Below, in pieces: positions 25,584 to 32,000 of a DNA stretch of 32,000 bases. The DNA lies in the NCBI GenBank assembly GCA_038858525.1, contig JAWCFL010000005.1, forward strand, positions 47,942-79,941. Direction: 5' to 3'. Made by a program: the position numbers and the translations under genes. The number at the start of each line of letters is the position of its first letter. Within the stretch, counting starts at the first letter, position 1. Origin of the DNA: Candidatus Jordarchaeales archaeon. Lineage in GTDB: Archaea; Asgardarchaeota; Jordiarchaeia; Jordiarchaeales; Freyrarchaeaceae. A model generated the notes under the pieces. The model worked only from the letters and a program-made list of their open reading frames with translations, made no database searches and was not told the origin of the DNA.

Positions 25584-26783
25584 TTAGACGAACTCCCTGA
25601 GCAATGCGAGCAGCTTCATGGGGGGAGCGTCCGTCTTGACGGAGATTGCGCTGAAGTGTGTTCTGAAGGCTGAAAACCCCATCCCCCTTAAAGCTTCAAT
25701 CACTTTCTCGATGGGTGGACATGGAACACGGGCAGCTGAGCACATCCTGTGTATTTCGTAGTATAAAGGTGGTGCATTAGCCTCCTCTAGAAGTTGCGCC
25801 AGAAGCTCCAACGTCTCCTCTTTCTCTATTTTCCTTTCCGCAACCTTAACCACCCTCCTCAGAAAATCTTCATTCTGAAGCGGGCCACACCATACTGGAC
25901 CAGCTATCCTTGTTTCTTTCCCGCACTCGGGACAACGCCTTGTAATATCAGGTGCTGGGAGCCCCCTGATCAGTCTTCTGGATAAGCAATGGTCGCAGTG
26001 AACAAGGTATCCTATCTTCTCCAGTTTCTCGTCCGCCATTTTGGCTCCAAGTCTCCCCTTAAAGTAAACTCTCACATGATGCCCGAAGTAGTAGGAAAGC
26101 GCTGGTTGTAGAGCATAATCGTGCTTTGCAGCCACGGAAACCGCATGTGCTATCAGTATGCGTAGAGCGACTTCATGGCAATACTCCCCTTTAAAGGGCA
26201 TACTTCCATACCGCCTAAGGCAAGCTCTCGGCTGAGACCCACATAGAAGTGGTAGGTCGGTCGCCGTAATGCAAAGCATGGCGCTTTTAGGCTTTAATGC
26301 CCGTACAGCTGATTCTAAGAACGGTGCAGGAGAGCCGAAGGGGTCTAGGTCCACTAGGTCGAACCTATCTCCTTTAGAAGCGAAAGATGAAAGAAGAGTA
26401 TTTGCATCCTCACAACATATAAAAGCTCTATCTTTTAACCCATGCAGTTCAAAGTTTTTCTTTATCAAGGAGAAAGCAGCTGGGTTTATGTCGTTCACCA
26501 CAATGCTCTCAACGCTGTCCGTCTCAAGCATGAATCTCAATGCTCTTACTCCGCAACCAGCCATAGGAACGCATACCCTCAGCTTTCTGCCAGCCTCCTC
26601 AGAGTATGCCTGAAGGACGCAGACAGTCACATCCCTGTTTAGGGACATTTTAGGATTATAAAAGACCGGAGCTTTAGAAGGAATATAGCTTCCCCTCTCA
26701 GAGTAAAGGCTGACGTCTGGAGCATAAAACACAGTTGCTCCTTCCCTATAGCTTTGGACCGGGAAACTGGACAAGCACCTCAC
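25584..26783 (-). CDS. trm1: tRNA (guanine26-N2)-dimethyltransferase
   Basis: VFYNPKMSLNRD, GCGVRALR, DLDPFGSP, TATD, CDHC/CPEC, GPVWCG, RTHF. Confidence 0.94.
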   Translation of the reverse strand: MRCLSSFPVQSYREGATVFYAPDVSLYSERGSYIPSKAPVFYNPKMSLNRDVTVCVLQAYSEEAGRKLRVCVPMAGCGVRALRFMLETDSVESIVVNDINPAAFSLIKKNFELHGLKDRAFICCEDANTLLSSFASKGDRFDLVDLDPFGSPAPFLESAVRALKPKSAMLCITATDLPLLCGSQPRACLRRYGSMPFKGEYCHEVALRILIAHAVSVAAKHDYALQPALSYYFGHHVRVYFKGRLGAKMADEKLEKIGYLVHCDHCLSRRLIRGLPAPDITRRCPECGKETRIAGPVWCGPLQNEDFLRRVVKVAERKIEKEETLELLAQLLEEANAPPLYYEIHRMCSAARVPCPPIEKVIEALRGMGFSAFRTHFSAISVKTDAPPMKLLALLREFV

Positions 26784-26859
26784 CCAGTTAACCTTTTTTT
26801 AAGGAAACGTGAAAGACCTTATTTACTCTAATTGCTCTTTAACTCCCTGGTGAAAGTCG

Positions 26860-27504
26860 TTGCTTGTGGCGGGAGTGGACGAGGCAGGAAGAGGCCCGGT
26901 TATAGGTCCCATGATAGTGGCCGGTGTTCTCGTTGATGATTCATCCATTTGCATACTTGAGCAAGCAGGAGTCACGGATTCTAAGCGTCTTACGCCGCAA
27001 CGGAGAGTGAAGCTTTTCCAGTGTGTGCTTGAAGTCGCTAAGAGCGTCGTGTTCTTGGAAGTTTCCCCGAGCGAGATAGATGAAGCTGTCCGTTCTGGCG
27101 TAGGGTTAAATGAGCTTGAAGCCTGCAAGATGGCTGAGGTCGTAGACAGGTTACAGCCTGATGTAGCTTACTTGGATGCCACGGATCCTCACCCGAGCAA
27201 GTTTGAGGGAAGAGTTAGAAGGTACCTTGCGTGTAGCACTAGGCTAATTGCTGAGCATAATGCAGATGAAAAATACGTGATTGTAGGGGCTGCCTCCATA
27301 GTGGCCAAAGTTATCCGTGACGTGAAGGTTGAGGAGCTTAGGGCTTACGGTGACGTCGGCTCAGGATACCCGCATGATCCACGAACCATAAATTTTTTGA
27401 GGTGCTGGGTGAGGGAGAAAGGCTGTCTGCCCCCGTTTACTCGACAAACTTGGAAAACCGCGAGGAGAATACTTGACGAAGTCCTCCAGAAAAAACTAGT
27501 TTGA
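26860..27504 (+). CDS. rnhB: Ribonuclease HII
   Basis: AGVDEAGRGPVIGPM, DSKRLT, AASIVAKV.RD, GSGYPHDP. Confidence 0.95.
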   Translation: MLVAGVDEAGRGPVIGPMIVAGVLVDDSSICILEQAGVTDSKRLTPQRRVKLFQCVLEVAKSVVFLEVSPSEIDEAVRSGVGLNELEACKMAEVVDRLQPDVAYLDATDPHPSKFEGRVRRYLACSTRLIAEHNADEKYVIVGAASIVAKVIRDVKVEELRAYGDVGSGYPHDPRTINFLRCWVREKGCLPPFTRQTWKTARRILDEVLQKKLV

Positions 27505-28458
27505 CTCTTGCAGCTTCATTATTAACTCCTCTGGCCCCTCCATAGCCTCTATTTCCTCTTTACTAAAAACTGGCACTCGAGTTCTCTTAATTTTCTTTTC
27601 CTTGTCCGTCACAAACATGGCCATCTTCTGCGCAACCCATGAAAGCCTATCAAGAACCATTATTTTCCTTTCAATAGTCCTATCACAAGCCCTTCCAACT
27701 CCGGTGACGACTAAACGTTCCTCCTTCTGGTCTGCTGCAAGAGCGTCGAAGGGCGCTCTTCTAGCAAGTATGACTTTAAATCCTAAATCTGATAACGCCT
27801 CGAAGATCTCCCTCTCCAACTCATCCTCCCACTCTTGAGCCCTCACCTCTTCCTCTTCTTCTTGTTCATAGATCAAATGCCACTCGTTTAAATCCACGGG
27901 CGTTATGATATCGGCATCCAGCTCCTCCTCTATTTTCAAGGCTGTTTCTAGCGTTGCGTCCATCTCGTTTCTCTCATACTCGTAAATCGCCTTCCGGGAA
28001 ACTCCAACCTTCTCCGCCAGGTCCCCGAGGGATAGCCCCCTTTCCTCCCTTGCCCTTCTTAAAGCCTCGCCATTGATCTTTATGTAGAGGCCTCCACGCC
28101 TAGCAAGAGCTATTGGGCGAGCGTCCTCCAAGACGAAGCGTTTGAACGTCGAAAAATTAATCGTCGGCACCCCACACCTTCCATAGATAACGCCGTCAAG
28201 CATTTCGCTCCTCCTAGTTCTCTCTCCTACTACGAGAGGGATCGCTGACATAAGCCTTGCCAGCATTCTCAGCTCTCTTCCCTGATCATCCTTTAGACCA
28301 TCAACGTTGGCGAGAACCTTAAGAAGTATCAGGAAATCCTTCTTCCTCGCCACTAGGTCAAAGCAGCTCTTAGAGGGAAGATTGTTGGCAACCTGAAAAC
28401 CTGCCCTCTGAAGTAACCTTCCCACCTTCTCTATAGAGAGACTGGAGGACATCATCAC
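27496..28458 (-). CDS. Conserved archaeal Xre-family HTH transcriptional regulator (COG1395-like)
   Basis: SCFDLVAR..ILLKVLANVD, ARRGGLYIKING.ALRRARE, SLGDLAEKVGVSRKAIYEYE, APFDALA. Confidence 0.85.
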   Translation of the reverse strand: MMMSSSLSIEKVGRLLQRAGFQVANNLPSKSCFDLVARKKDFLILLKVLANVDGLKDDQGRELRMLARLMSAIPLVVGERTRRSEMLDGVIYGRCGVPTINFSTFKRFVLEDARPIALARRGGLYIKINGEALRRAREERGLSLGDLAEKVGVSRKAIYEYERNEMDATLETALKIEEELDADIITPVDLNEWHLIYEQEEEEEVRAQEWEDELEREIFEALSDLGFKVILARRAPFDALAADQKEERLVVTGVGRACDRTIERKIMVLDRLSWVAQKMAMFVTDKEKKIKRTRVPVFSKEEIEAMEGPEELIMKLQESN

Positions 28459-28518
28459 CCACCAATCTTCTTTCCACTAATAACTTGGAAAACACTAAGA
28501 TTTAAAAGTTAATCCGCT

Positions 28519-28749
28519 TCAGCCTGTTGAAATAAGAGTCATGCTCTTAATAACACCTCTAGTCCTCCTGATCTTCGTAACGAGTTCATCCAGCTCCTTT
28601 CCTAGTTCGCCTATTTCAACCCTGACCACTATGTCCCATTCGCCATAAGTTACGTGTGTCTCAGTTACGTGCTCCATCTTCGAGATCTTCTCGGCAACCT
28701 CGTGTTCCATCCCCGCCTCGGTCATTAAGAGTATATAAATTACTCTCAT
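28519..28749 (-). CDS. Stand-alone Lrp/AsnC ligand-binding (RAM) domain protein
   Basis: VYILL..EAGMEHEVAE, VTYGEWDIVVRVE, GVIKSMTLI; no HTH. ATG 28749. Confidence 0.85.
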   Translation of the reverse strand: MRVIYILLMTEAGMEHEVAEKISKMEHVTETHVTYGEWDIVVRVEIGELGKELDELVTKIRRTRGVIKSMTLISTG

Positions 28750-28809
28750 ACAATCACCCTTTAAGAACGCCACATAAATTTAAGAAAAATTTCCTCACTG
28801 AAAACCTTT

Positions 28810-31167
28810 ATGGTGAATTTTATGTATCTGCCAGAGCGTCTCTCTGGGCTCGAGGCTCTCAGCGGCGAGATACACTATTTCCGGATTCCGCACTCAAAGT
28901 GGCGTAGCCGGATATTGGACGCAAAGGAGGCTGGCCTCAATGCCATTTCAACGTACATACCGTGGAACTGGCACGAGGTCGAAGAGGGCTCATTTGATTT
29001 CTCAGGAAGCACTCATCCGCAAAGAAACTTGGAGCTTTTCCTTGAAATAGCAAAGGAAGAAGAAATGCTCGTGATAGCTAAGCCGGGGCCATATATCTGC
29101 GCCGAGTGGCTTTATGGTGGTGTCCCCTCCTGGCTTCTGGAGCGCTATCCTGAAGTGCGCGCCCTTAACTCTTTGGGTAAGCCGACGAAGTGGTTTTCGA
29201 AGAAGGCACCAGCCATAACCTATCTTCATCCCACCTACGTTAAGTTTGCAGAGAGATGGGTAAAGAAGGTCTCCGAAGTAATAAGGCGGTATGAGGCATC
29301 AAAAGGAGGCTGTGTCTTTATAGTTCAAGTGGATAACGAGTCATCTTATGGCTTTCACTTTTCTCCATTCGACGCCGATTACAATCCTGTAGTTGTAGGA
29401 GGAAATGGAAAGGAGGGGCTTTATCAGAAATGGCTTGAGTCAAAGTATTCATCAATCGCCCAGCTTAACAGGACCTATGGAACAAGTTACACCACGTTCT
29501 CAGAAGTTGAGCCCCCACGAGCACTTAAGGGAAAACGCAGCCTTCTGGTAGTGCTGGACTGGCTTGAATTTAAGGAGCATATGATCGCTGAATTCCTCCA
29601 CAGGATGGCTGAAGTTATTAGAGGAGCAGGGGTAAACGCACTCCTAGTTACGAACGAGTTCTTTATACCTTTCTTTTATCCTCCAGTCCAAGCGAAGAGC
29701 AAGTTTCTGGTCGACGCAGCAGATCTTTACCCTCACTACCTTGATGAAGACTCTTTTCTCGCAGCCGTAAACTACCTAGAATTTTTTAAAGGATGCCAGC
29801 CTGAAACCCCTCTTCTCGTTGCGGAGCTCCAGTCAGGTTGGTTCTCCTATAATACGTCGAGAAACACGCTGCACATTCTTGGAAGGCTCGCTCACGTGAA
29901 AGGTGCAAAACTGGTCAATTTCTACATGTTTTCCGGCGGAGTTAACCCTAAGGGGTTCGGCACAACAAGCAAACTTTACTTTAAGGATGCACCAGTCAGC
30001 CCAATGGGAGAAAGAACAGAGAAATATAATACGGTTAAACTTTTTGCATTAGCAACTAAGGCGTCGCGCCTCACAACGCCGGTCTATGACCTCCACGTCG
30101 CTTACTATCACAGGTATACGCTGGCAGAGATTACCGGAGGATGCGACATATTCGGGCGGAAATATCGATCTTTATCCTCATCCTTCCGACGCCTTCTGCT
30201 TTCTCTCGTAAAGAACGGTGTAAGTTACTCGGTGACCCCAATAAGTCTCACAGGCCAGCATCACTCCCCCCTCCTGTTTCACGAATTCGACTTTCTCGCC
30301 GGAGAAGAAGCCGACAGACTGATACGTCATGTCGAGAACGGTGGCACCCTCATCCTAATGCCCCAAATACCTCTTTTTGATGAGGAGAACAACAAGCTCG
30401 ACGACTTAGCGGAGACGTTAGGCGTAACTTGCCAAAAGGTAAGAAGCGGGGTGGTTCGCTCCGTAGACTTCAAGGAAAGAATGACCTCGGTCACAGTGTT
30501 TGACGTCAAGGACGCGGAGCCCCTGGCGTTCCTCGACAACGAGTACGTATGCGGCTTCAAAGTACAACTGGGAAAGGGAGAAGTGATCCAGCTGGGCTTT
30601 ACGCCACGTGAAGCGTTCCTTCTAAAGCGGTTAGCTCCAAGCTTGAAGCAAGCGTGCAGGGCGAGTGGAGTTTTAGCATGCCTCTCTAGAGGAGAGAACG
30701 GGTATGGGTTACTTGTCTGCAACCTTGAAAGAAAGGACGTTGAAGGTGTGGTTTCCCTGCGCTTGCCAGATTACGAATCAACATTCAGTTTTTCGTTTCC
30801 TGCCAGAGGTGGCGCTATTTGGCCCATAAGGCGTAAGCTAAGTTTCGGAGAGTTACTCTACGCGACTGCTGAGCTAGTTGAGGCAGAAGGAAACAAGCTT
30901 GTCCTCTGGTCATATAAAAATTCGCGGGGCGAAGTAAAGTTAAAACTAGACGCTCCCCCTCCACAATTACCTGAAAACTCGCACTGGGATGCTAAAGATA
31001 AAACGTTAAGCGTCAAGTTTCACGTTCAAATAGGAGAAAACGTGATAATTGAGACCCCCTTCAAAGTGTCTGTTATCGGAGTTAAGTATCCCGAACTTGA
31101 AGGAATTAAAGAACGTATGCTCACTAAGGCTAGAAATTGGATCTTCAAGAAATTCCTCGGATATTAA
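28810..31167 (+). CDS. GH35 family glycoside hydrolase (beta-galactosidase / exo-beta-glucosaminidase-like)
   Basis: GEIHYFR, GLNAISTYIPWNWHE, PGPYICAEW, QVDNE (acid/base), AELQSGWF (nucleophile), YMFSGG. Confidence 0.9.
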   Translation: MVNFMYLPERLSGLEALSGEIHYFRIPHSKWRSRILDAKEAGLNAISTYIPWNWHEVEEGSFDFSGSTHPQRNLELFLEIAKEEEMLVIAKPGPYICAEWLYGGVPSWLLERYPEVRALNSLGKPTKWFSKKAPAITYLHPTYVKFAERWVKKVSEVIRRYEASKGGCVFIVQVDNESSYGFHFSPFDADYNPVVVGGNGKEGLYQKWLESKYSSIAQLNRTYGTSYTTFSEVEPPRALKGKRSLLVVLDWLEFKEHMIAEFLHRMAEVIRGAGVNALLVTNEFFIPFFYPPVQAKSKFLVDAADLYPHYLDEDSFLAAVNYLEFFKGCQPETPLLVAELQSGWFSYNTSRNTLHILGRLAHVKGAKLVNFYMFSGGVNPKGFGTTSKLYFKDAPVSPMGERTEKYNTVKLFALATKASRLTTPVYDLHVAYYHRYTLAEITGGCDIFGRKYRSLSSSFRRLLLSLVKNGVSYSVTPISLTGQHHSPLLFHEFDFLAGEEADRLIRHVENGGTLILMPQIPLFDEENNKLDDLAETLGVTCQKVRSGVVRSVDFKERMTSVTVFDVKDAEPLAFLDNEYVCGFKVQLGKGEVIQLGFTPREAFLLKRLAPSLKQACRASGVLACLSRGENGYGLLVCNLERKDVEGVVSLRLPDYESTFSFSFPARGGAIWPIRRKLSFGELLYATAELVEAEGNKLVLWSYKNSRGEVKLKLDAPPPQLPENSHWDAKDKTLSVKFHVQIGENVIIETPFKVSVIGVKYPELEGIKERMLTKARNWIFKKFLGY

Positions 31168-31214
31168 AGCTCCTGATGCTTCATGCCGCAAAAATCAGGG
31201 GGGAATAAAAAAAG

Positions 31215-31730
31215 CTACTTCCCCTTCTTTTCCTTCAACAACAGTTTAGCTTCACTGATCCAGGAGGAAAGCTTCTGCACACTGATCCCGGTAGCCTCGG
31301 AGAGTACTTCCGCGTCCTCCTCTGCCAGCTCCTCGACGCTCTCCACACCTACCTCCTTAAGCTTCGCCTCGGTCTTTGGTCCTAAACCTTTAAGCACTGT
31401 GAGCGGCGTTCTCTCTACGGAAATAGCTTCACTCGGCGCCTCCTTTATCGCTTCCTTGCTTTCTTCTTTCTCCTTAGCGGTGGCTTCTCTCTCTTCTTTG
31501 ACCTTCTTTTTCTCGGCTTTCTGGAACTCCTTCAGGAAAGATTTTAGAGACTCAACGTTCTCCTTGTGGGCGCTTCTCCTCCTCAGATCCACTCTTAAAC
31601 CGATCCTCTTAGCATCATGCAGAGTTATGTTTGCTTCTTTAAGCTCACCTAAGCTAAAACCTCGCCCCACTCTCGTCTTTAGACTCTTCGGTACACGCAC
31701 AATAGGCTTCAAGTCGCTCACACATGACAC
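31215..31730 (-). CDS. rpl13e: Ribosomal protein eL13 fused to a C-terminal helix-hairpin-helix domain
   Basis: RVGRGFSLGELKEA, RVDLRRRSAHKENVESL (eL13); then LTVLKGLGPKT...LSEATGISVQKLSSWI (HhH). Confidence 0.85.
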   Translation of the reverse strand: MSCVSDLKPIVRVPKSLKTRVGRGFSLGELKEANITLHDAKRIGLRVDLRRRSAHKENVESLKSFLKEFQKAEKKKVKEEREATAKEKEESKEAIKEAPSEAISVERTPLTVLKGLGPKTEAKLKEVGVESVEELAEEDAEVLSEATGISVQKLSSWISEAKLLLKEKKGK

Positions 31731-31896
31731 CTCCTAGCAAGCCCAAGTAAAAACTTTTTATTAATGTTTCCTTGCTCTCTCTATCCCACTTGAAGCTTGT
31801 AAGCTATTTTTTTAAACTCTTCCTGAGGATCCTGTTCATGGGTTTGCAGCAGTTCCTGAATAGATAACTTTATATAACACTTCTTAACATTTTTGT

Positions 31897-32000
31897 ATGA
31901 TGATTGAGAGGTTGCTGACGCTCAGCGAAGCCTGCGAGAGATCAGGCATTCATCCAAATACGCCTAGAAAATGGATAAACAGGGGAAGATCAGAGTTGTT
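31897..32000 (+). mobile_element. 5' fragment of an IS607-type TnpA/MerR-like HTH gene, apparently degenerate and truncated by the window edge
   Basis: MMIERLLTLSEACERSGIHPNTPRKW resembles the IS607 serine-recombinase N-terminal HTH. The expected K-I-R-V-V continuation is in another frame (aag atc aga gtt gtt). Confidence 0.6.

Noticed and set aside
19828-31214. Small intergenic hairpins (GTTCTCC/GGAGAAC at 19850-19870; CCTGAT/ATCAGG after the GH35 stop) as terminators or ncRNAs
   Set aside because: The stems are short and archaeal termination relies mainly on U-tracts, so they cannot be supported as features.
1658-31737. Many short or antisense ORFs in the track (for example 22957-23748, 10942-11454, 31183-31737, 14640-15080)
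   Set aside because: They are shadows of well-supported genes on the other strand or frame, with Ser/Pro-rich composition and no motifs.

Overview
Gene-dense archaeal chromosomal window with no CRISPR array, tRNA or rRNA gene that I can see. The markers eS25 (rps25e), eL13 (rpl13e), eS8, Alba, SRP19, Gar1, archaeal-type ProRS, an HGG-ending Urm1/SAMP-like protein and archaeal cdhCDE point to a TACK/Asgard archaeon. An Asgard-like anaerobe is my inference; Bathyarchaeia is not excluded. Content: housekeeping, RNA-processing and translation genes; TldD/TldE; the acetyl-CoA synthase and corrinoid Fe-S part of the Wood-Ljungdahl ACDS complex (cdhC-cdhD-cdhE, no cdhA/B); hypA and hypE; a GH35 glycosidase; and a decayed IS607-like start at the right edge. 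The strongest signal is an EndoQ-family DNA-repair gene interrupted inside its conserved E-x-G-K-Y-H motif by a 24-nt in-frame, stop-containing insert that folds as an archaeal bulge-helix-bulge (BHB) intron. This makes it a candidate tRNA-endonuclease-spliced mRNA intron outside cbf5. Also notable: an unannotated box C/D sRNA whose guide fits tRNA G18, a CdhE with a duplicated corrinoid domain, a motif shared by the cdhC and hypA promoters, an eL13-HhH fusion, and a proline-rich protein with a PTAP motif. All family calls are from motif recognition, not database searches.
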